From the NCBI GenBank assembly GCA_963792585.1, contig CAWBWI010000003.1, positions 672,001 through 736,000 on the forward strand: a stretch of DNA of 64,000 nt. The letters are read 5' to 3'. Source of the stretch: Candidatus Eiseniibacteriota bacterium. Lineage in GTDB: Bacteria > Eisenbacteria > RBG-16-71-46 > CAIMUX01 > VGJL01. Under the pieces are notes generated by a model. The model did no database searches and was not told where the DNA came from. It saw only the letters and a program-made list of their open reading frames with translations. The translations under genes and the position numbers were made by a program. Shown piece after piece: positions 9,456 through 20,384 of the stretch (within the stretch, counting starts at the first letter, position 1; the number at the start of each line of letters is the position of its first letter).

Positions 9456-10958
9456 TCAGTCCCGCGACGCACCCGATGCTGGGGTCTCTGACATGAGCTT
9501 CCGCATCCACTGGAAGACTGCCCACGTTGCATCCAGGTCTTCCTCGTTGTACTTAAGCACTTCGCCAACTAGGCGGTGTGCCTCTTCCCGATCCTCTGCA
9601 CTGACGGCGCGAATGTAGTTCGCGACGGCCCAGTCACCGCTCCCCGGGAGCGTGCGCTCGTACCCAACGTACTTCTCCACGACCTTGAGGCTCCTGCTGG
9701 GGAGCGGAACGCAAATTCCCTTCGAGTAGACGGTCAGGAGGTCGCAAAGACACCGCTCGATCCTTGCGGCGGTCCCATTCGGATCGCCGTACCGCTTCCG
9801 GTAGAGCCGGAGCTTCACGCCTTCGTACGAAGCCCAGTGGAGAATCGGGAGGTCGCCGTGGGCTGCGAAGAGGGACTCGGCCTTCTCCAGGAAGCCGAAC
9901 CAGGTCGCCTGGTCGTCCGTCTCGCCTGGCATCGTGTACGAGGCGGTGTACTCTGACGGCGCATTGCCATAGACCTTCATGCCCCAGAGGAAGATCTCCT
10001 CGGGGCCGTCCAGGAAGGGAGGAATTCCCTCAAGATCAAGGACGAGAAAGGCGCTCCCGGCGGGAAGTTCCGCGTCTCCGAGGAGCCGAGGAATGCCATC
10101 GAGGAAACACTGGGCTTCGACGAGGATCGGCCCAGCCCTCTTGCCGACACGTTGGATCTTGGTCTCACCCCAGGGCCGCTTGAGGTCGTGGAGTTCCTCG
10201 ACGCTCATCCGCGCCACGAGATCGGCGATCGTCGCGATGCCGCGCCCGTGGAGTTGTCGGGCGAGCCCCTGGTCAACATCAGGCAGCAGTGCCACCTCGT
10301 TCCGCTCCTCGGCCTCCTTCCAACACCGGTCGAAATATCCACACCCATGGCACTTGCTCCAGCCGATCGGTTCGTACGCGTCGTGCTGCCGAAGGGCGTC
10401 GAGGATGGCAGCGATGGAGGCCTGAACGCCGGCGTGGCCAACATACTCGACCCCGGAAATTGTACCATCGCCAAGCACGACCTCGAGCGCGGCCGGCGGT
10501 GCACCTGTTACCCGCTCGATGAGAGCGCCATAGAGGTTCATCTGGTCTGCGATCTCCGGGTGGTCCTCAAGCCTGCGGGTGAGCTTCACATCCCGGATAA
10601 TCCAGCCTTTGGGCGAGGGGATGGGGATTAGGAGATCCGGCTCTCCAACGAGTTGGACCTGCTCACCGCCAACGGTCATTCTTGAGCGAAGGAGACCGTG
10701 CGCCAGAATCCGCGTCCCTCCGCGTAGCTCTTCGAGCGTTCGAGCTTCCCGCTGTTCCCGCGGAACATCCTTCAGGTGGACGACATCAGGAAGCGCGTCG
10801 ATGTACCGCGCCTCATGCCGCAAGCCGAGGTCGATGACGATTTCTTCCAGCGGCCCAGGTGCGGCATGCGGAATCCCCCCTTCGATGAGGCGGAGCCGGC
10901 GGTAGCACTGACTTGGGCGTCGGAGTGTGTAGAGGGTGCTCCGAGTAATCTGCGCCAT
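9456..10958 (-). CDS. TM0106-family RecB-like nuclease with C-terminal RNase H-like domain
   Basis: GEPDLL...RDVK nuclease motif, KCHGCGYFDRC Cys cluster, then LDLEG, HWASYE, CDLL, SLKVVE, YNEEDL RNase_H_2-type motifs. Confidence 0.88.
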   Translation of the reverse strand: MAQITRSTLYTLRRPSQCYRRLRLIEGGIPHAAPGPLEEIVIDLGLRHEARYIDALPDVVHLKDVPREQREARTLEELRGGTRILAHGLLRSRMTVGGEQVQLVGEPDLLIPIPSPKGWIIRDVKLTRRLEDHPEIADQMNLYGALIERVTGAPPAALEVVLGDGTISGVEYVGHAGVQASIAAILDALRQHDAYEPIGWSKCHGCGYFDRCWKEAEERNEVALLPDVDQGLARQLHGRGIATIADLVARMSVEELHDLKRPWGETKIQRVGKRAGPILVEAQCFLDGIPRLLGDAELPAGSAFLVLDLEGIPPFLDGPEEIFLWGMKVYGNAPSEYTASYTMPGETDDQATWFGFLEKAESLFAAHGDLPILHWASYEGVKLRLYRKRYGDPNGTAARIERCLCDLLTVYSKGICVPLPSRSLKVVEKYVGYERTLPGSGDWAVANYIRAVSAEDREEAHRLVGEVLKYNEEDLDATWAVFQWMRKLMSETPASGASRD

Positions 10959-11690
10959 GGTCTGGGTCCTCGAGCTCACTTGTCCATGCACCGGGGCGTG
11001 TGTCCTTATGCGAAGCGGTCGGGCGGATCCCGGTGTGTCCACGCCCGTGCGGGACAACAAACCTCTCCGTCTGTCCACCGATTGTGGGACGGAGGTGGAA
11101 CCCGGCCCACCCAAGTCTGCACCGAGCGTCGTCACTCAAGAAAGGGATTTCAGAGGTCGCGGAACAACGGCGTGGAAGGCTTTCCCTGTCCCGAACCCTG
11201 GATGTGCACTAAATATGTGCAATGCGGACCCACACGGCACTATCTTGTGGCCCTACGGAGTCAGATCGCGACCAATCGGCCGTACACGAGAATAAGTGGA
11301 CAACATCCCCATCATTCCAAGACCCCGCTCGACGATCTGTTCAAGCGGGCATATCATGCGTGCGACTTCTCCAGGACGGGTCGCCGTTGGGGCTGCGGCT
11401 ACCTTCAGAGTGCGCGATTACGTCAATGGCAGATCTGGAGCCGCGTTGAAAGCCGCAAATTCATTTGGGTCGCAGCCTGCTGCCATCGTCCTCGCGACTG
11501 CTGGCGCGATCCCGTCTCTGTCCAACCACAGGTCAATCCCGGCAAAGCGCGGAACCTCTGCCTTTAGGGATCGGTCCCACGTGGCAATGGGGCGTGCTCC
11601 CCCCATTGGGTAAATCTATGGCTAATGGAGTTAACCAATCGTGAAACAAGGGTCAGAGTGGTGCTCTCAAGAGAAAGGACATTTCCTGCC

Positions 11691-14600
11691 ATGAAACGAG
11701 CATTGCACTGCATCATCGTGTTGCGAGCGTCTCTCGCGGTTGCCATCTTCGCATTTCTAAGTCCAGGCCATATCCTTGCAGGAAGAAACGCAGGCGGGGC
11801 GATCATCCTCCACACGAACGACAGCGTGGCATACACATATACGGGGCAGTACTGCTCCTTTGACTTCGACAATCCGGGTACGTGCGTTCAAGCTAATACG
11901 CGGACGGATCTTGCTGGAACTGGTGCCGATGCTGTGATTTGGGCGCTTGCGGCGTTTCCATCGGATTCGGATCCCGCAGTCACAAGCGTTGCATTCGGAA
12001 TCAGACTGAGCAACCGTCCGGATTTCACCTACATGGTCGATGACCATCGTTCGTGCGGTGGGCTTGAACTTCCGCTAGATGATTGGCCAAATCCGAACGA
12101 CCTGACGTCGGGGACGTTGATCACCTATGGAAGTCCTCCGATAAGGGAGCGTCTCTTCCCTGTCGTACTGGTTCGCGGTCTACGCGGACTCGGCCGGTAT
12201 GTCATTCAGCACGACGCAGTATCCCGACGGCCTTGCTGTGTTCGTTGATGACAGCTCACCACCTATCACGGATCCCATCGACAGATTCGGGAAAGTCGCA
12301 TGGAACACGGACGATGGGAGCAACAGCTGTCCGGAGGAAAATGAGACCCTGTTGTTTGAACTGTCCGGGACGCCATGCTGGACCTATCATGGCCGTTCGG
12401 TCAGTTCATTCGGCAAATCCGTCTCGACTGCGGGGGATGTTAACGGGGATGGCATTAGCGATGTAATTGTCGGGTCCCCTTCCGATGATACGCAGTTCCA
12501 GGACATGGGATCTGCGAGGGTATTTTTGGGGACGGCTGAATGCCTCGCGAGGAACCCAGTCTGGACCGAGCACGGCATTGCGGAGTGGGAGGAGTTTGGC
12601 GACGCAGTTAGTACTGCAGGCGATGTGAATGGTGACGGCTATTCCGACATCCTGGTCGGAGCGCCAAGCTACAATGGGAATACGGGCCGAGCAGCGCTCT
12701 ATCTCGGGTCGGCCCTGGGGATTGCGTCGACCCCGGTTTGGAATGTCGCAGGGCAATACCACGGAGATCGGTTCGGAGCCAGCGTTGCCACGGCCGGAGA
12801 TTTCAATGGCGACGGCTTCGATGATTGGGTGGTCGGCGCTCCGGGAGGTGACAAAGCTTATCTCTACCTAGGCGGTGCCGAAGGTCTGAGTTCTCTCTCG
12901 GCGAAGATCTGCTCTGACCAAGCGGGAGGCGACTCGTTTGGAACCTCAGTGCGAACGGCTGGTGATGTCAATGGAGACGGACTCGCGGACCTTATAGTCG
13001 GAGCGCCGAACTACTCCGGCGGTTACTCCCATGTGGGACGGGCATATCTGTACCTGGGACGGCACACCGATTTTGGCCAGGGTGCCGACTGGTACGTGAC
13101 CGGCCAACAAGAGGAAGCGTGCCTTGGGTTTTCTGCAAGTACAGCTGGCGATGTCAACGGCGATGGGTATAGCGATGTGATTATTGGCGTTTATGGGTAC
13201 GTTGAAAATGGGGAGGTCCGTGGAAAGGTAGGGATTTACGCAGGGGGGAGCGGAGGCCTCGCAACGGCGCCCGCGGCGACAGTCGTGGGCTCGGAGGCCA
13301 ATAGCCGCTTCGGTTTGGCTGTATCGACGGCAGGAGATGTCAATGGCGACGGGTACGCGGATGTTGTGGTTGGGGCGCTTGGCCACAGCAATGGGCAGAC
13401 GGAGGAAGGCGCCGCCTATGTCTATACGGGATCAGCTGGCTGGATCACCGCGAGTCCTTGGATAATCATCGAGAGCAACAACACCTATGGTTGGCTCGGC
13501 AGGTCCGTGGGCACCGGTGGTGATGTGGACGGGGATGGGTTTGGTGACATCCTTGTGGGGCTCCCAGGGTTCCATGGATCAGAGGACGAAGGGGAGCACT
13601 TCGGAGGGGCAGCTATCTATCGGGGTTCTGCGGGGCCGCCAGCGACGGTCTGCGAATGGTCCTCCGTCGGTGAAGGCGTGGATGCGTACCGGGGTCGTTC
13701 CATTGCCTCCGCCGGCGACGTCAATGGTGACGGCTATGATGACTTCATCGTCGGGGAGGAAGCCTATACGAATGGGCAGACTGACGAGGGTCGCGCACTT
13801 CTCTTCATGGGTTCGAGTTCCGGCTTGGCGGCGGAGCCTACATGGCAGGCCGAAGGGAACGCTACGGAGGCACGGTATGGCTATTCCGTAGCATCAGCGG
13901 GGGACGTCAACGGTGATGGGTATAGTGATGTTATCATCGGTGCATATAGGTACCCCGCTGGAGGACTGAGTCAATCCGGCAAGGCCTATGTCTATCTGGG
14001 TGGGAGTGGAGGACTGGGATCCACTCCATGGACAGCACAAGGTGACATGATCGATGCTTACTTCGGTTACTCGGTGGCAGGGGCTGGAGACCTCAACGGC
14101 GATGGATTCGGTGACGTTGTGATTGGTGCAGCGGCTTATACAAATCCACAAGTCAATGAGGGACGAGTCTATATATACCTGGGTAGTACGCAGGGTCTTG
14201 GAGCGAATCCATCGCTGACTATCGAAATGAACCACTCTGAAGGACGGTTTGGTAGTTGCGTTGCCGGTGCTGGGGACGTCAATGGGGATGGATACAGTGA
14301 CGTCATTGCGGGCACTTGGTACTGGAGTGGCGACGGGTCACTGACAGAAGAAGGGCGAGTGGATGTCTTCCTGGGGATGGCGGGGAGCGTAGGTCTGCAT
14401 GAGACCCCAACGTTCACAAGATATGGTGAATCCGCTCATGCATTTCTAGGACGATCTGTTGCCGGCGCCGGTGACGTTGATGGCGATGGGTTTGGCGATG
14501 TAATCGTTGGTGCATATGGAAAGCGTGCCTACTACGATCGAGAAGGAGAGGTCAGGGTCTACCGGGGAGTCGCAGATGGGATCGAAGACGATCCCGTGTG

Positions 14601-15651
14601 GGACATATTCGAGGGCAGCGAATATGCGTACCTCGGGTACAGCGTGGCCTCGGCTGGGGATGTCAATCTGGACGGTTACAGTGACATTGTCGTAAGCGCG
14701 GCAGGCTTGACGGATGGAGAGGACAATGAAGGCAAGGTGCGAGTATATCTTGGTGGAAGCGCAGGACCTGCGGACACTCCGGCGTGGGGTGTAGAAGGGA
14801 ATGAAGAAGATCTGTATTTTGGCACGTGCGTAGCCAACGCTGGTGACGCCGATGGCGACGGGTTCCCGGACCTTGCTGTCTCCACGGTCGACTACGACGG
14901 TGCCTATCAGAATGAGGGCAAAGTGTTTCTGTACATGGGGAATGGTGGTCAAGGGCCTGACCGAAGGCCGCAGCAGCGGAAGGTCAGGGGTGGGCCACTA
15001 GACGTCCTCGGAGCATCTGACAACCACTCTGCATTCTACCTCTCTGCATTAGGGCGGAGCGCCTATGGCAGGAACCGGGTGCGACTAGAATCCCAGATAG
15101 CACCGACCGGAACCGAATTAGGAACCGTCTCCATCGGTCGGGGAAGTTGGTGGCTCGCTGGGGCGCCCGATGGGCAGGCGGGAAGCAGGGTGGACCTCTC
15201 GACTGCAGCGGCGAGCCTCGGACCATCGACTGCCTATCATTGGAGGTTGCGTGTGGCCAGTGGATCTCCATACTTCCCATGGACGCCTTGGATGGCCGTG
15301 GCCAGGGCGCCTTACACGACGAAGCTGATGCGGACAGGAGCTCTCGTAACCGCGGACGTTACCAGTGGAACGACGGAGCCTGAAAGGGTAATGGCTGAGC
15401 CAAATCCCGCGACTTCCTTCGCACGGATCAGTTTTGTGTCGAAGACGCTGGGCCGTGTTCGGTGTCAGGTATTCGGAACCGACGGGAGACTCATCCGGAC
15501 GCTTGCGGATGGGGTCATGGACCCTGGGGAGCATACGATCATCTGGGATTCTCGCGATGACGCTGGGGCTCTCTCCAGCTCAGGGCTCTTCCTTATTAGA
15601 ATAGTCCATGATGGGGAGACAGAATGCTCCAAGATCACGCTAATCAGGTGA
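11691..15651 (+). CDS. Secreted FG-GAP (integrin-alpha-like) repeat protein with FlgD-Ig C-terminus; one frameshift at ~12165
   Basis: Signal peptide plus an N-terminal domain whose conserved-looking FPVYWFAVY motif is split by an extra G. 14 xGDxxGDG-type repeats (two 7-blade propellers). PNP...WDSRDDAG..SSGLF tail. Confidence 0.88.
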
Positions 15652-15855
15652 TCTCCTATCCGTAAGATTCCATAGTTGGAATTGTCGAGGCGATCCTCGC
15701 TTTGAACGCGCGGATCGCCTCGCTATGATCGAGAGGAGAGGCTATGCAACGACATGTTTGTCACGCCGAGATGGACCTTGCCGGCCGCTTGGTTGCGCCA
15801 GTTGAATCTCACCGTTGGATTGTTGCAGAGCCTACGGCATAGTGGCCGTGCATCA

Positions 15856-17073
15856 ATGATGACAGCAAGGCTTGAGGGTCGGGCGAATCTCCTCAGAGTA
15901 GTAGGCGCAGCTTTGCTTCTTCGAGTCGGGCTCATCTTCTTGTTCAAGGGAGGGGGATTTGATCTAAGGATCTACCATTACTTCGGTGGTCTTATGCTGC
16001 AGGGCGGGAATCCATACCTGGCCCCTGCTGACGGCCTCATTGATCCGCGGTACGCAGACATGAGTCCCTTGAATCTAAGTGTCTTCGCCGGCGTCATGTC
16101 CATCTGGAATAGCCGCCAGGCGCTGAGGTGTTTGCTCGCCGCAGTGGATGCGATCATCCTCTATGGCATAGGAAGGCAGACATGGATACCTACAAGGGCA
16201 ACGAATCGCATCCTCATCTTCTACGCATTTAATCCGCTACTTCTCCTTGCTTGGGTCGTTGCGGCAGAGGACAAGAACATCGTCTTCGCCCTGCTACTCG
16301 CTCTCTTGGGAGCAGTTCTTCAGAAGCGGACGATTCGTGCGTCCGCGATCTGTGGCATCCTGGCCGCCTACAAGTTCATTGGTTTTGTGTTCATCCTGCC
16401 TGTTCTGGCATTCGTCCGTAGGAGGAGCACGAAGCCTTTGCTTCCAGCCATTGTCCTCGTTGGAATACTTGTAGTCGCCCACGCCGCATACTTCCCAGAA
16501 TCTCTGCTGATCTATCAGCACCGCCTGAGCCGTAGTGAGTCGCCGGTGCCCATCCATGCGAGCCCGCTAGCAGTCCTGGCCTGGATCGGTATCTATAGTC
16601 CAAGGGTTGTTCCAGTCATTCTAGGCGCGGTCCTCGGCTTCTTGTATTGGGCTCACCTCAGGAACAAGCTGACGACTGGAGAAACGATTGTCCTGAGTGG
16701 ATTTGCCATAGGAGTCATCAGTCCTGACGCCGGCATCGACCGTTTACTCCTTGTGGCACTCCCGATGCTTGTCTGGGTCGGCCCTCAGCCGAGCAGGACG
16801 AGGTTCATTTGGGTACTGAGCAGCGTATGTAGTATCGCGCTATTCTGGGAGTTGGGTCCGCCGCGCTGGCTGCCTGGAGTGCGCGCGGTCGCGCCGGTCG
16901 CCGATGTTGTATTCGGTCAATATGGTTCGCCACAGCACGTGATATACATGAATCTCCTCCCCTGGAGCCTCCTGGTCCTATTCCTTCACGATCGTCGACA
17001 GTCCGGCCTCGATCGACGAGTGTCCTTCGCAGATCGGTCCGAAGCAGGGGCACTCCATGGCGGCCGTAGGTAG
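15856..17073 (+). CDS. Polytopic membrane glycosyltransferase, GT-C fold (GT87-like)
   Basis: DLRIY...GGNPY...Y..PL first loop, YAFNPLL, AYKF and about 10 TM helices. Start codon uncertain. Confidence 0.7.
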   Translation: MMTARLEGRANLLRVVGAALLLRVGLIFLFKGGGFDLRIYHYFGGLMLQGGNPYLAPADGLIDPRYADMSPLNLSVFAGVMSIWNSRQALRCLLAAVDAIILYGIGRQTWIPTRATNRILIFYAFNPLLLLAWVVAAEDKNIVFALLLALLGAVLQKRTIRASAICGILAAYKFIGFVFILPVLAFVRRRSTKPLLPAIVLVGILVVAHAAYFPESLLIYQHRLSRSESPVPIHASPLAVLAWIGIYSPRVVPVILGAVLGFLYWAHLRNKLTTGETIVLSGFAIGVISPDAGIDRLLLVALPMLVWVGPQPSRTRFIWVLSSVCSIALFWELGPPRWLPGVRAVAPVADVVFGQYGSPQHVIYMNLLPWSLLVLFLHDRRQSGLDRRVSFADRSEAGALHGGRR

Positions 17074-17128
17074 AACTCGAAGGAGCGTCCGAAGGACGGG
17101 ATGTTGAGCAGAGCCTTCGCATGCCGCG

Positions 17129-17158
17129 CTACACGCGACTACACGCGACTACACGCGA
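17129..17158. repeat. Three tandem copies of a 10-bp unit (CTACACGCGA)
   Basis: Read directly from the sequence. Ends 6 bp before a -35 box. Confidence 0.95.
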
Positions 17159-17164
17159 CGGATG

Positions 17165-17193
17165 TTGACAGCCCCTCGTTACCGACGTACGAT
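17165..17193 (+). promoter_or_regulatory. Sigma-70-type promoter
   Basis: TTGACA-17 bp-TACGAT, pointing toward the recombinase. Confidence 0.7.
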
Positions 17194-17208
17194 TGAAGTT
17201 GCTCAACC

Positions 17209-17410
17209 CTGCGCCCTTTGGCGATTCCGTGCAGTCCCGCTCCGCTGGTCTCGAAGGCCGCCTCGAACACCGTGGAACGCGGGCTTTCCGACACTTCCGT
17301 GACGCGTAGTCCTGACCCCGCGACTTGAGTCCTGTCCCTCCTCGGCACACGCAACTCCCTTATTCCTAAGCCATTACCAAACCACCGCACCCTTTCGCCA
17401 AAGGGCGCGG
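17209..17410. repeat. Pair of inverted 26-bp recombination-site-like sequences (17209-17234 and 17385-17410); candidate invertible segment
   Basis: CTGCGCCCTT-TGGCGA-TTCCGTGCAG and CCGCACCCTT-TCGCCA-AAGGGCGCGG: a perfect 14-bp inverted core, 20/26 identity overall. Confidence 0.75.
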
Positions 17411-17435
17411 CTCCGTTGCCCCTCAAACCCTCCCC

Positions 17436-18053
17436 TTGCCCTCATTTAACGCTCCGATTCAGCGCTTGCCTCGATATCTCACGCAGGAAGAGACCCGCGC
17501 GTTCTTCCGTGTGATTGACGATCCCCGCGACCGGGCGCTCTTCACGTTCATCTACCTGTACGGCCTTCGCGTCGCCGAGGTCGGTCTGCACCTCGTCGGC
17601 GATGTCGACATCGTCCGAGGACGCATCGTCATCAAGCGGTTGAAGGGCGGCGCGTGGGCCGAACGCCCACTCTTCTCACGCCTCCGTGAGTTGCTTGAGG
17701 CCCACGTCGCAGCCCTTTCGAGGGCGACCCCGGATGCTCCGCTCTTCCCGGGTAACCGCGGGCCGCTCCGGAAGCGGCAGATCCAGTCGTTGTTCACGCG
17801 GTACCGAGATCTGGCGGATCTTCCGCGCAGTGCTACGACGCACTCCCTGCGCCATTCGATCGCCACCCACCTCCTCGACGCCGGGGTGTCCCTGGAGTTC
17901 GTCCAGGACCACCTCGGTCATCAGTCGATTCGCTCGACCTCGATCTACGCGCGGATCACTGACCACCACCGAGCCGCGCTCTTCCTCGAACTCGAACGCT
18001 CGCCCTGGATCGTGCAGTCGGGTGGATCGGACCCGGCAGCCGCACACGAATAG
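17436..18053 (+). CDS. Small tyrosine recombinase (catalytic domain only, FimB/FimE-sized)
   Basis: YGLRVAE (R), LKGG (K), HSLRH, LGH, TSIY (Y). 205 aa. Confidence 0.92.
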   Translation: MPSFNAPIQRLPRYLTQEETRAFFRVIDDPRDRALFTFIYLYGLRVAEVGLHLVGDVDIVRGRIVIKRLKGGAWAERPLFSRLRELLEAHVAALSRATPDAPLFPGNRGPLRKRQIQSLFTRYRDLADLPRSATTHSLRHSIATHLLDAGVSLEFVQDHLGHQSIRSTSIYARITDHHRAALFLELERSPWIVQSGGSDPAAAHE

Positions 18054-18063
18054 GAGGCCGACC

Positions 18064-19923
18064 ATGACCCGAGGACTCTCGTTGTTCATCCTGGCATTCC
18101 TGCTCCTCGTCGGGTGCGGAAGCGACCCGGAGAAGCCGCCTGTCACGCCGCCCCAGCCCGATACGACCGCGCCGGCAGCCGTGACGGATCTCGCCGTCTC
18201 GGCCACGACGGACTCGAGCGCGACGCTCACCTGGACCGCGCCGGGCGACGACAACAGCACGGGAACCGTGACATGGTTCGACGTTCGGTATTCACATATG
18301 CCGATCGCGCCCGACCGATGGGGCGCGGCTCAGTCGGGCCACGCGCGACCGGGGCACCCGGAGTCGCTGCCGGCCGGAGCCAGGATGAGCTTCACCGTCA
18401 CCGGCATCCCGCCGGGGATGACGTACTACTTTGCGCTCAAGGCTGCGGACGAGGAGCAGAACTGGTCGGATCAGTCGAACGTCGCAACGGCCGCGGTGGG
18501 ACCCGACGCGATTCCACCAACCGGCGTCGGGGATCTGCATGCCGTGGCGACGACGGATTCATCCGCGACCATCGCGTGGACCGCCACGGGCGACGATTGG
18601 GACATCGGAACAGCCTCCGGCTACGATCTCCGCATCGCCGGAACGCGCGAAGAACTCTTCGACAACCGGTGGGACGCCGCATCGCAGGTCGAGGGTGAGC
18701 CTCTGCCGCAGCCGACCGGATCAGCCGAGGCCATGACGATCTCCGGACTCGAACCGGGAACTACGTACTTCGCGAGGATTCGGGCCGAGGACGAGCAAGG
18801 CAACGGGACCCGGAGCAACATCGCCGAGATCCGGACCACCGACTCTGAAGCCGAGGCCGCAGACGCCCACTGGCTCGACGTCTTCGGCGGCACCGGTCCG
18901 GACGATTCGGTCACCGCGCTGTATCCGCACGATGGCGCCCTCATGGTGGGCGGCGGCTTCCGCTTCGTCGCCGGGGTCGAGGCCCGGGGGATCGCCCGCT
19001 GGGACGGAGCGACCTGGCAGGCAATGGGCGAATTCCGGCGGCATGGCAGCGTCCGAAGCCAGGGCCCGGCCGCCTTCGCCGAGTTCAATGGCGCGCTCGT
19101 GGCCGGCGGTCCGTTCGAGTGGATTGTAAACTCGGACCAGAGCGTCTCGTATGCAATGCACATCGCCGAGTGGCGGAACGGATCCTGGTCCGAATTGGGC
19201 TCGGGCTGGGGCACGGACGACTACGGCGTCACCTGCTCCGCATTCCAGCCGTACAATGGCTCGCTCGTGGTCGGCGGCACGGTCATCGTCATCGGAACCA
19301 CGTACGACTATGTCGACGCCTGGGACGGGACCCGCTGGCACTTGGGCGGCGGTGTGAGTGGTCCGGTGAACGCGCTGACGCTGTTCCGTGGCGACCTCAT
19401 CGTCGCCGGCGCCTTCCTCCGCACCTCAACAGTCGTCGTCCGGTCCATCGTCAGATACGACGGCTCGGGCCCGCAGGGTTGGTATCCGCTCGGCGCCGGA
19501 ATCGGACAGGGCGCCGGACAAGCCGTGCAGGCACTCGCGGTCTTCCAAGATGAGCTCTACGCGGCGGGAAGTTTCAGAACCGCCGGCAATCACGGCGTGG
19601 GCGGCATCGCGAAGTGGAACGGGATCGAGTGGAGCCGTCCAGGCGCTTACGAGGACGAGTGGGACCACCAGTATCCGAACATCTCGGCTCTCGCCGTTTA
19701 CAACGGTCGCCTCATCGTCGGCGGCAACTACAGCAACCGATTCCGTAGTTGCATCGCAACCTGGGACGGCACGACTTGGGGCAAGCTGGGCACGGGCATC
19801 GGCGCGGGGTCAGGGGATGTCGTCACGGCGCTCACCGTCCACGATGGAAAGCTCTATGTTGGCGGGACGTTCACACGAGCTGGAGACAAGACGGTCCAAA
19901 ACGTCGCGTGCTGGTCCGAATAG
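18064..19923 (+). CDS. Lipoprotein with two FN3 domains and a C-terminal beta-propeller
   Basis: Lipobox LVGC, two LTWTAPGDD...YYFA-type FN3 units, repeated L.VGG.F...IA.WDG..W blades. SD GGAGG. Confidence 0.85.
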   Translation: MTRGLSLFILAFLLLVGCGSDPEKPPVTPPQPDTTAPAAVTDLAVSATTDSSATLTWTAPGDDNSTGTVTWFDVRYSHMPIAPDRWGAAQSGHARPGHPESLPAGARMSFTVTGIPPGMTYYFALKAADEEQNWSDQSNVATAAVGPDAIPPTGVGDLHAVATTDSSATIAWTATGDDWDIGTASGYDLRIAGTREELFDNRWDAASQVEGEPLPQPTGSAEAMTISGLEPGTTYFARIRAEDEQGNGTRSNIAEIRTTDSEAEAADAHWLDVFGGTGPDDSVTALYPHDGALMVGGGFRFVAGVEARGIARWDGATWQAMGEFRRHGSVRSQGPAAFAEFNGALVAGGPFEWIVNSDQSVSYAMHIAEWRNGSWSELGSGWGTDDYGVTCSAFQPYNGSLVVGGTVIVIGTTYDYVDAWDGTRWHLGGGVSGPVNALTLFRGDLIVAGAFLRTSTVVVRSIVRYDGSGPQGWYPLGAGIGQGAGQAVQALAVFQDELYAAGSFRTAGNHGVGGIAKWNGIEWSRPGAYEDEWDHQYPNISALAVYNGRLIVGGNYSNRFRSCIATWDGTTWGKLGTGIGAGSGDVVTALTVHDGKLYVGGTFTRAGDKTVQNVACWSE

Positions 19924-20384
19924 TGCGGTGGCAGATCGACGATGCTGCCCATCTGACGGTGATCGGCATCGGGGGGGGCATCTTACGCGGCCCGGTCCGG
20001 TAAGCAGGGCACGGACCTAACCGGCTACGTGGTCATCTGTCACTACTCCGGGGACTCAGGACTCTTAGATATCACCCCGCACTGTGTCCCAGGGACGAAT
20101 CGGCTCCACGTCACGCTCGAGAACACCGGATGCTGCGACGCCTCGATCCATGTTGTCGTCCAGAGGTTCAACGAGGTCTTCGTTGATCAAGACTTCACGG
20201 GGAACGGGCACGACGACGGGATTCTCTTCGATATCATCCCAACGTTCGAGGCGGTCGTGGAGTAGCCAAGAGCGCCCACACACCCACCGTAGAGTTGCCG
20301 AGGGGTTCTGCTGGCAGGCCACGCCTGGAGGCCGGCGGGCACGAGCCTGTTGGATTCCGCCGTCGCGAGATTGCTTGGCCACGA

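Noticed and set aside
9456..10958. Cas4 / CRISPR association
   Set aside because: The Cys cluster and nuclease motif fit the TM0106 family; I saw no cas genes or repeat-spacer array in the window.
12420..14880. Periodic DNA repeats
   Set aside because: Explained by the FG-GAP protein repeats (GDVNGDG codons); not CRISPR or DGR repeats.
20029..20265. 78-aa ORF after the FN3 lipoprotein
   Set aside because: No clear SD or recognisable motif; it may be a gene fragment but cannot be supported.
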